Below are positions 12,983 to 27,592 of a stretch of 64,000 nucleotides of DNA, one piece after another. Made by a program: the position numbers and the translations under genes. The notes under the pieces are model-generated. The model was not told the origin of the DNA and did not search any database. It saw only the letters and a list, made by a program, of their open reading frames with translations. Position 1 is the first letter of the stretch. Every line of letters begins with the position of its first letter. The stretch is from Eledone cirrhosa (Eukaryota): the NCBI GenBank assembly GCA_964016885.1, contig OZ024754.1, positions 40,672,001 to 40,736,000 of the forward strand, read 5' to 3'.

Positions 12983-13779
12983 CAAAATAATGACCACATT
13001 GTTTTATTTTGGCACCAACATTAGTGGGGAGTTTGTCTTACAGTACCCAGAGCCCTTGCTACAATGTTTAGTTAGTTCATTTGTAATGACACACACATCA
13101 ATTATGCAGTGTTCCTACTGCTTACCTTGTACTGTTCAGGGGTGGAGTGGATAATTAAGTGTTTTTACTTGAAATACAGAACTGTAGAAGTGATCTAGAG
13201 AGCAACAGTCCTGCTGCCCCACCACTAACTTGGCTCCCTATTGTTTCAGATAGTTGTAACTCCCCTAAAACGTATCCATTACTTTATGTAAGAATATATA
13301 CTTCAATTAATAGCTATAATCACTAGGGTAGATCAGTGATTACAATCAACGGACACTTACACACACATACACCCACACACACACACCCACACATCACCCA
13401 CTCACATACATATATATATATATATAAATATATACACACATACACATGCACATACAGATATACATATATACACTTACACACACATATACATATATATACA
13501 CATACATATATATGCACACACATACATATATATATACACATACATACACACACATACATACACACACATACATACATAAATACATATGCACACACACATA
13601 TATATATATATACACACACAGATCTTGCACTAATCCATACTATAAATATCCCACAATAAAAATATATTAACTGAAGCTGTCGTTATCCTAATGTAGCAAT
13701 TACTACAATTATCCCTGATGGTCTACACTTAAGCTTCTTTCCCTTCTTTATTCTTCTTCTTCAGTCTTCTTTACCCACT

Positions 13780-14490
13780 TATTCCTGAGTGAGTCCTGGG
13801 GGCAGAGTCCTGAAACAATTCTTCCAGCAGGTCCTGTCAAAAGCAATGGTCTGCAACTGATCCAGCTAGATCTCCAAGCATGGTTTGTGATAGGGAGGCT
13901 TCCAGTTGCAAAAGCTATGTAGAAAAAAAAAGGGTTTTGGAAGACACTTAAGTCCCAACAAAACAACCTTTCTCGTGCTGGTCTTCTTCTTCGCACACTT
14001 ATTACTGAGAGGACCATGGGGGCAGGCAGAGTCCTCAAACACTCCCTCCAGTGAGTCCTGTAGAAGTACCAGTCTCCAACTGATCCAGCTGGATCCCTAA
14101 GCATTACCAGCCAAGCTCATGGATGTTATCTAACCCTCTTGCTCGGGGTGGGTCTACCCCTGAGTCTCCTACCAGTTGGTTTTTCCCATAAAATCTGTCC
14201 AATGATTCTTTCCAGAGACATTCTAACCACATACCCATAGTAACAGAGCTGTGATCTCTCTCACTTCGAAGAAGTAGTGGCTCTACCTGGAGTGACTCTC
14301 TGATCTCTGAGCTACACATCTGTCCAGTGATTCTTTCCAGAGACATTCTAACCACATACCCATAGTAACAGAGCTGTGATCTCTCTCACTTCGAAGAAGT
14401 AGTGGCTCTACCTGGAGTGACTCTCTGATCTCTGAGCTACACATCTGTCCAGTGATTCTTTCCTGATACATTCTAACCGTATGTCCATAG
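13780..14490 (-). mobile_element. RTE-like LINE 3' fragments with an internal tandem duplication of about 118 bp
   Basis: SSEIRESLQVEPLLLRSER repeated; related pieces at about 21280, 23480, 37740, 39420. Confidence 0.7.
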
Positions 14491-15233
14491 TATCAGAGTA
14501 TAACCAAGCCCTTTCATTTTATGCCTGAGGAATGGGCAAACATCCAAACCCCATTTATAAGCTGAGGCAGCTAATCAACACATTATTTAGACAGCATATA
14601 TAATCGTTTCTACCTTTGGCACAAGGCCAGCAATTACTCTAGTGTATTACTGGTACTTTATTTTATCAACCTTTTAAGGATGAAAGGCAAAGTTAACCTC
14701 GGTGGGATTTGAACTCAGAATACAAAAGGCCATAAATCTATGCTGCTGCAAAACATGATGTCTGAAAGTCTACCGATACTGCCAATCCACAGACGGCATA
14801 TATAATAAGCAGACATCCCCCCACAACCCCATTTTACCATCGATTTTACTTTAGTCACATATTCCTTGGCTTATATTCAATATGGTAAGTTATAAAGTAA
14901 TTTTTTAACAGAGAACAAAAGCACTCAATTTCTCTCAGTTGTTTTACTTATTCAATTAATATGATATATATATATAAGCTGTTTGATCTTTCCATATTTT
15001 AAGTACTTCTTTTCCACAATTCTGCTGAAAATAGTTTTGTCATTGAGCTCTGAGGAAATGCTATTTTTTTTTTTTTTTAGATATTTCTAGTGGAAATCTG
15101 CCAGTACGTCTATATTGGAAGATTTCTGAAAAATTCTGAAGATTTCCCTATATACCCACATTTCACCCTGTTGCTCTGTCTGTCTGTCCATCAGACCCTC
15201 TCACCCCCACCTCACTCTCTCTCTCTCTCTCTC

Positions 15234-15278
<45 letters not shown>

Positions 15279-15424
15279 ATATATATATATTTATCCCGGG
15301 TTCAATTGGGGGTAACCACAGTAAGTAAGGTACTCAATAGATAGCAGATTACCTATACAATATAAATATTTATGTACCAGTAATACACCCAGGCCTATAC
15401 AATATAAATATTTAATATAGAAAT

Positions 15425-15513
15425 GGCTTCTACAGGACTAGAACTGTTTTATTTGAGGGAAATCATCAGGAAAGCCCTAATGATTTCCCTCGAATGAAAC
15501 AGCTCTAGTCCTG
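15425..15513. ncRNA. Two degenerate hammerhead copies in head-to-head inversion (ggcttc family)
   Basis: Minus copy 15425-15476 has CTGATGA but GAAA changed to AAAA. Plus copy 15477-15513 has CTAATGA...GAAA cag and is truncated. Confidence 0.6.
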
Positions 15514-15518
15514 ATATG

Positions 15519-15551
<33 letters not shown>

Positions 15552-15684
15552 TTATTAAAATAACAGATTAAAGTTTAAGCAAAGAATCGCTGCTTTCACC
15601 CTTGCTCTACGGTTCTTATATATTTGATATATATTTATCCTTATCGAGCCCTCTTTGGATTTTAGTCTTCAAATTTATTATTAT

Positions 15685-15730
<46 letters not shown>

Positions 15731-16101
15731 GTATATGTATGTGTGTATATTTGTATGTGCATTGTGTATATATATACATCCTTTCTTCTCCCCCACCAAC
15801 TCCCACAATACTTTATTTGTCATTCCCGTTTCTGCCAACTTTGACAATTCTTTCTATACTAGTAGTATTTCAAGTTTAATCTGTTGGCCTATACAAACAC
15901 CTTCCACTGTTAAGAAAGCAGGCCATATGCATATATACACACAACCTGATTCAAGAAAGCAGGCTACATATATGTATATATGTATATACACAACTTGAGC
16001 CCAGAAATCAGGCTACATACATATATATACACCTCTTGAGCCAAGAAATCAAGCTAAATCTAAATATATGTATATACACAACTTGAGCCAAGAAATCAGG
16101 C

Positions 16102-16156
<55 letters not shown>

Positions 16157-16326
16157 ATATATATATATAGTTATTATATATATAGTTATTATATATTTTT
16201 AGTATTTTTATCTTTATTTTCATTTTTATTATTGTATATCTTTGTAAGACATTAGTGTATGTACACTCCATATTCCTCAGAGTTTCTGGCTTGTATCTGC
16301 CGATATTACCTCTTGTTGTTTTGATT

Positions 16327-16364
16327 GCCCTGATGAGTCCTTAATAGGACGAAACATTGTCGGC
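16327..16364 (+). ncRNA. Canonical minimal type I hammerhead ribozyme
   Basis: gcc-CTGATGA(16330)-gtcc ttaata ggac-GAAA-cattg-TC-ggc, GUC cleavage triplet ending at 16361; AATAAA at 16366. Confidence 0.88.
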
Positions 16365-16409
16365 TAATAAAAACTTTTGATGTATTAAAGGATTCTTTGT
16401 TTTACTCTC

Positions 16410-16466
<57 letters not shown>

Positions 16467-17556
16467 GTGTATGTATATATATATATATACACATGTATAT
16501 ATATATATACACAACTTGAGCCTAGGTATCAAGCTACATGTATACATATACACAATCCTGCTATCCAGAATTCCAGATGAAGCCAACCCATAGCATGGAA
16601 CGAAGGTAACCTAAGGGCAGCAGTGACAAGCTCCCTTGTGGTTAATAAAGAAATCATGATTATTATTATTATTTGGCAGTATCGTTAGAACCTCAGACGC
16701 CATGCTTTGCAGCATAGAGTTACGGCCCTTTACGTTCTGGGTTCAAATCCTGCCGAGGTTAACTTTGCCTTTCATCCTTACGGGGGTCGATAAAACAAAG
16801 TACCAGTAATGTACTGGGGGATGATTTAATCGATTTCCCCCCCCCCAAAAAAAAAATTGCTGGCCTTGTGCCTATATAAGAAACCAATTTATTTCTAGGC
16901 GGTGGATTGGCAGTATCGGTAGAGGGTCGGACACCATGCCTTGAAGCATAGAGTTACGGCCCTTGCCATTCTGAGTTCAAATTCCACCGAGGTTAACTTT
17001 GCCTTTCATCTTTACGGGGGTCGTTAAAATAAAGTATCAGTAATACACTGGGTAATTGCTGGCCTTGTGCTAAAAATAGAAACAATTATTTATTTCTATT
17101 TGTAGCTGAGAAATATATTTCATTCTATTTCAAAGTTCACTCAACCAGAACTCCTTAATGGGGAGGACGACCCCGCAGTTGAATAATTACAGTAGAAAGC
17201 TAACAGTAATAAAGAGAACAGATTCCTTGAGTGGTTTCAGTCGTTTGACTGCGGCCAGGCTGAAGCATCACTTTGAAGATATTTTCTCAATGATATTGAA
17301 CCTCAGTATATCTATTTTGTTCAAGTCTGGTACTTATTTTACCAACCTCTTTTTGTTGAACTGTTAAACTGCAGGACATAAACAAACAGCAAACATAAAC
17401 AAGTTGTTCTGTTGATTAAATAACTGGATCGTTAATTAATGAATGGAGGTCTGTTATATATCAGAGAGCAATGAACAGAGAGAAGTGGTGAGATGTTATC
17501 TATGGTAGACCAGACCAACCACAATATATTAGTATGGAAACACATACGGACAAAAA

Positions 17557-18390
17557 AAGTGGTGAGCTGTTATCTATGGTAGACCAACCTACCATGTTAT
17601 ATTAGTATGGAAACACAGAAGGGTTTAAGAAGTATGGAAACACAGATGGACATAAGAAGTGGTGAGATGTTATCTATGGTAGACCAACCTACCATGTTAT
17701 ATTAGTATGGAAACACAGAAGGGTTTAAGAAGTATGGAAACACAGATGGACATAAGAAGTGGTGAGATGTTATCTATGGTAGACCAACCTACCATGTTAT
17801 ATTAGTATGGAAACACAGAAGGGTTTAAGAAGTATGGAAACACAGATGGACATAAGAAGTGGTGAGATGTTATCTATGGTAGACCAACCTACCATGTTAT
17901 ATTAGTATGGAAACACAGAAGGGTTTAAGAAGTATGGAAACACAGATGGACATAAGAAGTGGTGAGCTGTTATCTATGGTAGACCAACCTACCATGTTAT
18001 ATTAGTATGGAAACACAGAAGGGTTTAAGAAGTATGGAAACACAGATGGACATAAGAAGTGGTGAGATGTTATCTATGGTAGACCAACCTACCATGTTAT
18101 ATTAGTATGGAAACACAGAAGGGTTTAAGAAGTATGGAAACACAGATGGACATAAGAAGTGGTGAGATGTTATCTATGGTAGACCAACCTACCATGTTAT
18201 ATTAGTATGGAAACACAGAAGGGTTTAAGAAGTATGGAAACACAGATGGACATAAGAAGTGGTGAGATGTTATCTATGGTAGACCAACCTACCATGTTAT
18301 ATTAGTATGGAAACACAGAAGGGTTTAAGAAGTATGGAAACACAGATGGACAAAAGAAGTGGTGAGATGTTATCTATGGTAGACCAGACC
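17557..18390. repeat. 100-bp tandem repeat, about 8 near-identical copies
   Basis: agaccaacct recurs at 17581, 17681, 17781 and so on. Confidence 0.95.
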
Positions 18391-21300
18391 ACAATATATG
18401 AAACAAGATGTCGTAGGACAGAACAAAGGAGAGGCACAAAAAACAAAGAAAAGAATCCCCAGTCACTGAAGAGGTCACAGAATGTGTGACGAAAGAACTT
18501 TGACAATATATAAACAACCATCTGGTTGTGGAACCAACCAACCAACCGGAAATTTATAAATTCCTAAATTTATAAATTTATTATAATAAATTGAAGTGAA
18601 AGCAACTGGTGCGTGTGTTTCTTACACACAAGTATAACAATATCGGTTTCAACGCACGTTTTCAAATAAAGAATCTTGCTAAACAAATTCAGAAATGAAA
18701 TATATATATATACTATATATACTTTATGTATACACTCTATATTCTTTATATATACTATATATAGTCTATATATACACTATATATACTCTATATATACACT
18801 ATATATACACTATATATGATGTTGTCCAAGGGAAAAGCAATGGCTGATACAGCTTGGCACCAGTGATGTCGCAACTCATTTCTGCAGCTGAGTAAACTGG
18901 AGCAACATGAAAATAAAGTGTCTTGCTCAAGGATACAATGCATCACTCGGTCTGAGAATCAAACTGACAACCAGAGGGTTGCAAGCCCAACACTTTAACC
19001 ACTAAACCATACACCTTCACACAAACAAACTATAGTTAACCAATATTAAATAGTTTAATTTCAAACAGTGAGGGGAAGGAGAGGGGTGCAAGAAATATGA
19101 GAGAAGATAATAACAGAATGGTTTCTCTCATTATGTTTACATTTTATTTAACGATGGTATGTATTATGATGTCCTATATACTTTGATAGCTGTGTCAGTT
19201 AATAACAACATCTAGTACAAATATCTTCTCGTACTCTTTAAACCAGCCAAGTAGTTCATCTCTTTTGTTTCTAACAACTTTTTCAACTGTAATAAGAGCT
19301 TGTTAGTTAATGTCACTGATATAAACAATGTCCATGAAAGCGCATGGCTTAGTAGTTAGAGCATTGGGCTTGCAATCGAAAGGTTGTGAGTTCAATTCTC
19401 CGGGTCCTTGAGCAAAACACTTTATTTCATGTTGCTCCAGTTTACTCAGCTGTAGAAATGAGATGATAGGGACTGGGGTCCCTATCATTAAATCCTCCAA
19501 GACACCTCCAACGAGATATACCTTGGAGGAGGCCAGCTAAACCTGCATAGGTGTGAGCTGTCACACACAATGACACCCACAGTACCATCAACCATATATG
19601 TAGCATTTAATTTCCACACTACCAATAATATAACTATGTGCCATCATATCTCTGGAAAAAGCCTGCCATGTATCATCATCGTTTAATGTCTATCTTCCAT
19701 GCTAGCATGGGTTTGACAGTTTTGTTCCACTTGAGGCAGTCTTGCTCGTACAGAAGTGTCTCTGGCAGGTTTTCTACTGCTGGATGCCCTTCCTAACACC
19801 AACCACATTTACAGTGTAGACTGGGAGCTTTTTTCCATGTTACCTACACGACCACATTACAGCGTGGACTGTGTATTTTGTTTTTATATTAATATATATG
19901 TATGTATACACCAGTCCACACTGTAAAGTGGTTGTGTAGGAGACATGGTAAGAAGGCTCCCAGTCCACATTGTAAATGTGGTTGGTGTTAGGAAGGGCAT
20001 CCAGCCATAGAAAACCTGCCAGATAGTCCTATACGAGCGAGACTCGGCAGTAGAAAACCTGCCAGAGACACTTCCGTACGAGCAAGACACAATCTCCCGA
20101 CCAATCCTGCATCAAGTGGAACAAAACTGTCCAACCCAGGCTAGCATGGAAGATGGACATTAAATGACGATGATGATGTATATATATATATATATATATA
20201 TCAAAGGAAGCAACAGAGTTAGACATTTTCTGCTAAATCTCTGCACAAACTGATTTTATTTTAGTTTTAGTGCAGCATCTAATCATTTATTAGGTAATTG
20301 TATATTTTAAAGCTGTTTTGTTGTAATTAATTAACAGCATCAGGTGAATGTGGAACATTGCAGTTAATAGATTATTATGATTGATGTCCTTATCAGATAT
20401 ACACCTGGAAAAAAAAAAGAGGAAAAAAAAGAAAAAAATGGGAAAAAAAAAAAATCAAAACTGCATGATGAATTTTTTGCTTCATTATTGGGCTGATAGA
20501 AATCTATAATTATCCAATGGTGGTGCTCCAGCATGGCCTCAGACTTTCGGCTGGAACATGTAATAGAGTAATAAAGTAATTAGGGTAGTTTAAATAGTTG
20601 ACATTACAAATGATATTAGAATGTCATTCAAATATCATAGTCAAATATTTCTGTGTTAATCTCGTTATGAAATCGCCATTCTCACTTTTAAATCATAAAG
20701 CCTCGTTTCAATCCTTTAGCATTTAAACCGGTCATATCCGGCCAGAATTCTCTCACCTCTTTCTGTTCAAACTGGCTGCACCTGACCACTTATACCAACA
20801 TTAAAGTATTGTTCTCAAAATAAATATCAAAATCTCATAGATTCAATATTATATGAGATAATTTTGTGAATTAAAGCCTTTTCTGTGAAAATACAATAGT
20901 AAATATAGAGTAATATAAATATTAAGGGGTTAAACCTTTAATCTCACTTTGAATTAGTGAGGCCTCACCTCAAACTGGGATGTCCTCACTTAGAAATACA
21001 ATTGCAGTAGTATGAGATGTCCGAGAAAGTTGACTAATCCTCCAAAACTTCTTAGTTTAGTTGAATGTTTAAAGTGAGTCAGAAGAAATCTTGATTTAAG
21101 TCACTGATTTGAAACAATGAAACTTAAATATTGTTTTGTACTCAAAATAAATTTCTCGTGATTTAAGAAAGTGAGACCAGTTTTACACAAAACATTGAGC
21201 AGACATTTGGCTTAAAATGGTTTTAATTAATGGCATTACACCTCTAGGTTGTAGTTAGACCTGAATATACTAAATATACTCCTAACTGGTAGGAGACACA

Positions 21301-21464
21301 GTGGGTAGACCCCGAGCAACATGGTTGGATAGCCTTGAGCTTGGCTGGTCTCACTTGGGGATCATCCGAGTCAATTGGAAACAGTTGCTTCAGACATGAT
21401 TCCTAAAATGGTGGAATTTTCAGCAATATTGTGGCCACTTCCTTTCAGAACAACTCAAATGCAT

Positions 21465-21990
21465 GCACACACACTCATGAGTATAGGCACACACACACAC
21501 ACTCATGAGTATAGGCACACACACACACACTCATGAGTATAGGCACACACACACACGCTCATGAGTATAGGCACACACACACACACTCATGAGTATAGGC
21601 ACACACACACACACTCATGAGTATAGGCACACACACACACACTCATGAGTATAGGCACACACACACACGCTCATGAGTATAGGCACACACACACACACTC
21701 ATGAGTATAGGCACACACACACACACTCATGAGTATAGGCACACACACACACACTCATGAGTATAGGCACACACACACACACTCATGAGTATAGGCACAC
21801 ACACACACACACATGAGTATAGGCACACACACACACACTCATGAGTATAGGCACACACACACGCATGAGTATAGGCACACACACACACACTCATGAGTAT
21901 AGGCACACACACACACACTCATGAGTATAGGCACACACACACACACACTCATGAGTATAGGCACACACACACACACGCATGAGTATATGC
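21465..21990. repeat. About 30-bp minisatellite (CA)n-ctcatgagtatagg
   Basis: About 17 copies. Confidence 0.93.
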
Positions 21991-22107
21991 ACACACACAT
22001 ACAGATACACACACACACACAGACATACACACACAGACAGACATACAGACACACACAGACATACACATGCAGACACACACACACACACATACGCACACAC
22101 ACACGCA

Positions 22108-22138
<31 letters not shown>

Positions 22139-24604
22139 TAACAACTGCTTCCTTTCCTTTCTCTCCAGAATGTCAACTCTCCAAAGTTCCCTCACTGTGC
22201 ATTTGTGAAGAGAAAGCAAATACTGGAAAGTCCCATATCATGTATGAAGATTGATAAAGTTAAATAATTGTTTCTACTTTAGGCACAAGGCCAGCAATTA
22301 CCCAGTGCATTACTGGTACTTTATTTTATCGACCCCGTAAGGATGAAAGGCAAAGTCAACCTCGGCGGGATTTGAACTCAGATCGTAAAGGGACGTAACT
22401 ATGCTAGAAAGCATGGCGTCCAACCCTCCACCGTCCAACCCTCCACCGATACTGCCAATCCACCGCCCATTGATAAAGTTAAATAATGATATTTTTTATT
22501 ATGACTTGCTATAGATTAGAACATTATCTGGAATGTTACAATATTTGTATTACCAAGTGTCACAAAGTCTCCTGCCAGTTGTAAATCACTAACACAAGGG
22601 AGGCTGTCACGTCCTTGACACAACTAAAGTCAAAAGATGAAGCTGTTTCACTTTAAAAAATAAACAGCTGTCAATTTTAAATTTTGTGATGTTTACTTTA
22701 TAGATAAGGTGATTTGATCCAATTTCAAATGTGGGTAGATTTACCCCGGGTAAAACCAGATATACAGTTGAACCATAAATATCTTGGCTTTGCTTGGTTA
22801 AATAATTGTTCCGGGAATTTAATCTGTTCATTTTATTGATTGGTAGTTTATCAGTTAGATAGTATATCACTTTAAAATCAATAATAAATGATGTGGTTAT
22901 TCCAATTTTGTTGCTTTTAATTGATCAACACCCAAAGCATCAAATATATCGTCATTGTTGTGAGGGACCTACCCATTGCATCAAATATATTATTATTGTT
23001 GTGAGGGACCTACTCATAGCATCAAATATATTATTATTGTTGTGAGGGACCTACTCATAGCATCAGATATATTATCATTGTTGTGAGGGACCTAGCTTTG
23101 TGTCTCCATTTGAGTCCAGACTGAATCTCCCTGCACAGATGTTCACCTGTTTTACGTCTGGTAAAAAAATACAGAGAGTCTCTATAGCACTCATGAACGT
23201 GTATGTTCACACCATACCATGTCCTGACCAAAGAGAGGGTGAAAGGCCCACAAACTCTCTGATGTTACATCACTGGTCACTCACTTTTGACAAGACCCCC
23301 CCTACACTTCCAGCACCCTAAATTCAATATCATAGAACAGTGTTGTATTTCCCAACTAGTTTATGGTAGTTACCCTCTTCCTGTTGGAACTGGTAGAAAT
23401 GTTTCAATAACTTTAGTCTTGTAGTATCATCAGTATCAAATTTATCAAATTTATCAAAAGCAAAAGTTTATGTAAGAGACCCAGGGGTAGACCCCGAGCA
23501 AGATGGTTAAATAACATCCCTGAAATTGGCTGGTCTCACTTGGAGATCTAGCCGGGTCAGTTGGAGATGGTTGCTTCTGACAGGACTTGTTGGAAGGAGT
23601 GTTTGAGGGCTCTTTCACTCACTGCCTCCATATCTCTCACTCTCCTAATCTCTTGCTATTATAAGGAAATGGGAGCCCATGTACTGGCTGCCCTGCAGCC
23701 CCAGCGGACAGAATAGAGAAGGCATTTCCTCGGAGGAAGGTGAGGGAGATGCATTGGAAGAGTCATTCCAGCTCGCAAGGCTCACACCTGCGGGTAACCA
23801 ACTCTGTGTCAATGGTGGTGAGTAGGGAGATGGTCCTGGGGCCAAGGACACCAGAAGTCTCACGAGACTTTAGTTAAAATGTAAATATTTATTGAAAGTC
23901 TCATGAGATTTCAGTCGAAATATAAATATTTATTGAAAATATTATGATATTTCAGTTGAAATGTAAATATTTATTGAAAGTCTCACGAGATTTCAGTTAA
24001 AATCATCATCATCATCATCATCATCAGGTTTAGCGTCCGTGTTCCACGCTTGCATGGGTTTGGACGGGGGTTTTCCCACTTGAGGCAAGAGTGGTTGTCT
24101 TGCTCGCATAGGACTGTCTGGCGGGTTTTCTACAGCTGGATGCCCTTCCTAACACCAACCACATTTACAGTGTGGGGCTGGGAGGTTTTTACCGTGTTGC
24201 CTACACGGCCACATTACAGCGTGGACTGTCTGGCGGGTTTTCTACAGCTGGATGCCCTTCCTAACACCAACCACATTTACAGTGTGGGGCTGGGAGGTTT
24301 TTACCGTGTTGCCTACACGACCACATTTACAGCGTGGACTGTGTGTTTTTTTTGTTGTGACACCTAGACGATCTCATTTGTTTCGGCCTGGATGTTGTGG
24401 GACCAACATAACTTTACATTGAAAGGGGCGGTGTGGGTGGGGTGGAGGTGGTGGGACGGGGGTGTGTTTTGATAGAGATGCCTACTGACTGTAGTAGGTT
24501 TTTACTTTGTATTTAGGTAAGGCGGGTCTTCTCTATTACTGAGTACTGCCAAAGGTCTCGGTCCAGTGACATTGTCTTGGAGAGGTGTAAGCGTGTGAGG
24601 TCGA

Positions 24605-25185
24605 TGTAAATATTTATTGAAAATATTACAAGATTTCATGAGATTTCAGTTAAAATGTAAATATTTATTGAAAATATTACAAGATTTCATGAGATTTCAG
24701 TTAAAATGTAAATATTTATTGAAAATATTACAAGATTTCATGAGATTTCAGTTAAAATGTAAATATTTATTGAAAATATTACAAGATTTCATGAGATTTC
24801 AGTTAAAATGTAAATATTTATTGAAAATATTACAAGATTTCATGAGATTTCAGTTAAAATGTAAATATTTATTGAAAATATTACAAGATTTCATGAGATT
24901 TCAGTTAAAATGTAAATATTTATTGAAAATATTACAAGATTTCATGAGATTTCAGTTAAAATGTAAATATTTATTGAAAATATTACAAGATTTCATGAGA
25001 TTTCAGTTAAAATGTAAATATTTATTGAAAATATTACAAGATTTCATGAGATTTCAGTTAAAATGTAAATATTTATTGAAAATATTATAAGATTTCATGA
25101 GATTTCAGTTAAAATGTAAATATTTATTGAAAATATTACAAGATTTCATGAGATTTCAGTTAAAATGTAAGTATTTATTGAAAGC
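24605..25185. repeat. 51-bp tandem repeat, about 11 copies (degenerate copies at 23860-24005)
   Basis: 17-aa periodic ORF KILQDFMRFQLKCKYLL. Confidence 0.95.
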
Positions 25186-25564
25186 TGAAAAGAAGAAAAT
25201 CCAGACATTTTATTGAAATTCAACATGAATGTGTTGTCAGGGTATAAGACAGTCATTTGAAAGGTCTGTTGTTTGTATACTTCACTGTTTCCATTACCAA
25301 GGACATTTAAAGCTGAGTGACTCAATTCACAGTGGAATATTTCACTGCTATAAATTGTAAATGATAGCAGTGTTTATATACGCTGTTTATTTAATGTTTT
25401 TTCCCATGGCTATTTGGAAGGTGGTGGTGGCTGGAGGGTGGTGGTGACCTGAGGGTGGTGGTGGGGGCTAGAGTAACAACCTGTTTCTTAAAGAGCACAC
25501 AAAGGTATTGGGACCAATGAAGCATGAAACTGTGTCATGCAGGAGAACCTCAAAACATTTGGTA

Positions 25565-25611
25565 GATGAATAATGATGATGATGATGATGATGATGATAA
25601 TGATGATTGTT

Positions 25612-25649
<38 letters not shown>

Positions 25650-25830
25650 AATAGTAATGATGATGATGATAATTGTTATAATGATGATGATGATGATGAT
25701 AATAATGGTAATGATGATGATGATAATGGTAATGATGATTGTTATGATGATGGTGATGATGCAAATGATGATGATGATGATGATGATGGTGTTGGTGATA
25801 ATGATGATGATGATGATGCTAATGATAATT
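25565..25830. repeat. (GAT)n microsatellite; other large tracts are (TTC)n 28600-28746, (CAT)n 59625-59850 and many (TA)n
   Basis: Directly visible. Confidence 0.95.
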
Positions 25831-26169
25831 GTTTCTACTTTTTTAGTACAATGCCAGGAATAGTATCCCAGTGTATTACTGGTACTTTATTATATCGACC
25901 CCCCGTAAGCATATTAGCAGACTATCTGATCAGCCAGATTTGCATATCAGCAGATCCACTGATCAGCCAGATTTGCATATCAGCAGACTGGCCAGTCTGT
26001 TTCCTGTATACCAGTGATAAATGGCCGGCTTTGCCACATTCAAATAAAAAAAGAAAAATGTTTCTGCTAATCAGGCTGATCAGTCACTGTATATTTTAGA
26101 AAATAGCATATATTTTCACTAGCTCTGACAGTTGGCAGGTGAACAGTGAGCTGTACTGATAATAATAAT

Positions 26170-26480
26170 AATGAAATTATTGTGTAAAGTGCTCAGGTGC
26201 AGCACAACTCGTCAATATAGTACATAGAATAATACACAAATGCCAGGGAAGTACATGTTTGTATGTGTTAGCTGTAGTGTTGGCGGATCTCGGGAAGCAG
26301 GGAGGCTTTAAAGGATGCAGTGTCTCGACAGCTAACAACTGATGCAGGTAGTTTGTTCCATGCTTCAGCAACTCTGAGCGTGAAAAAATGTTTCCGAAAC
26401 TCATGGGAACTGTGCTGTTTTCTTACTTTGTGGGCATGTCCACATGAAGGGTGATACCCAGAAACATTAGTGTCTGCAGT
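26170..26480 (-). mobile_element. CR1/L2-like LINE 3' fragment
   Basis: HFFTLRVAEAWNKLPASVVSCRDTASFK matches the FF..RV...WN.LP motif; second copy at about 500-800. Confidence 0.78.
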
Positions 26481-26853
26481 TCTGTTGACATGCCAACACA
26501 AGAGCAAGAATGAAGGGTTCATTCCACTGACATGGCTTTAAAATTGAGGCTTGTATGCATAATTGCAAACGAATCGAATGTTATTATTATTCGAAAAATT
26601 GGCAGTATCGGTAGAGGGTCGGACGCCATGCTTTCCAGCACAGTTACGTCCCTTTACGATCTGAGTTCAAATCCCGCCGAGGTTGACTTTGCCTTTCATC
26701 CTTACGGGGTTGATAAAATAAAGTACCAGTAATGCACTGGGTGATTGCTGGCCGTGTGCCTAAAGTAGAAACAATTATTATTCGAAAAACTCAGATTACA
26801 TTTATTGTAGAGCAAAATTTTCTTTTTTATATATATTCATATATATATATATT

Positions 26854-26934
<81 letters not shown>

Positions 26935-26935
26935 A

Positions 26936-27022
<87 letters not shown>

Positions 27023-27193
27023 GGGGTAACAGATTATTGTTATAGGTAGTCCACTTAAGTGTAGTCCAGTTATGGTACTCCGGGCAGTGGATGATATCAA
27101 CGCTTGGCTAAGTTTGACTCAACAAGGCGTTTCCATAGTGATGCTGCGAGTACGCTGTAATTCCTATGTTGTAAACACTTGGAGTAATGATAA

Positions 27194-27526
27194 ATCAGGA
27201 AAGAAGAGTGACACGGTTTGCTATACAAAAAAGGTTTTTAATCTCATTGCTGACAATTGTTTCTCTGAACTGGTAGGTCTAGAGATCGCTACCCACTTGT
27301 TTTCACGTTATTCGATCACCAATACAAAGTTATAACCAGTCAATCCATCGGAGCTTGCTCATTCTCACAAGCTCCGATGGATTGACTGGTTATAACTTTG
27401 TATTGGTGATCGAATAAAGTGAAAACAAGTGGGTAGCGATCTCTAGACCTACCAGTTCAGAGAAACAATTGTCAGCAATGAGATTAAAAACCTTTTTTGT
27501 ATAGCAAACCGTGTCACTCTTCTTTC

Positions 27527-27531
<5 letters not shown>
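27194..27531. repeat. Long inverted repeat (164-bp arms, 10-nt loop)
   Basis: 27194-27357 is the reverse complement of 27368-27531 with one visible mismatch; runs directly into (TA)n. Confidence 0.95.

Positions 27532-27592
<61 letters not shown>

Noticed and set aside
16898-16990. tRNA gene candidates with A and B boxes
   Set aside because: These are SINE heads that continue into the SINE core and tail and lack a complete cloverleaf.
17557-18390. CRISPR-like regular array (also 24605-25185, 46655-47375, 52745-53440)
   Set aside because: Units are wholly identical with no unique spacers, there are no cas genes, and the context is eukaryotic; these are ordinary minisatellites.
25566-26099. 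Asp-rich ORF resembling an acidic biomineral protein
   Set aside because: It is a (GAT)n microsatellite running into a SINE fragment; no signal peptide or exon boundaries.
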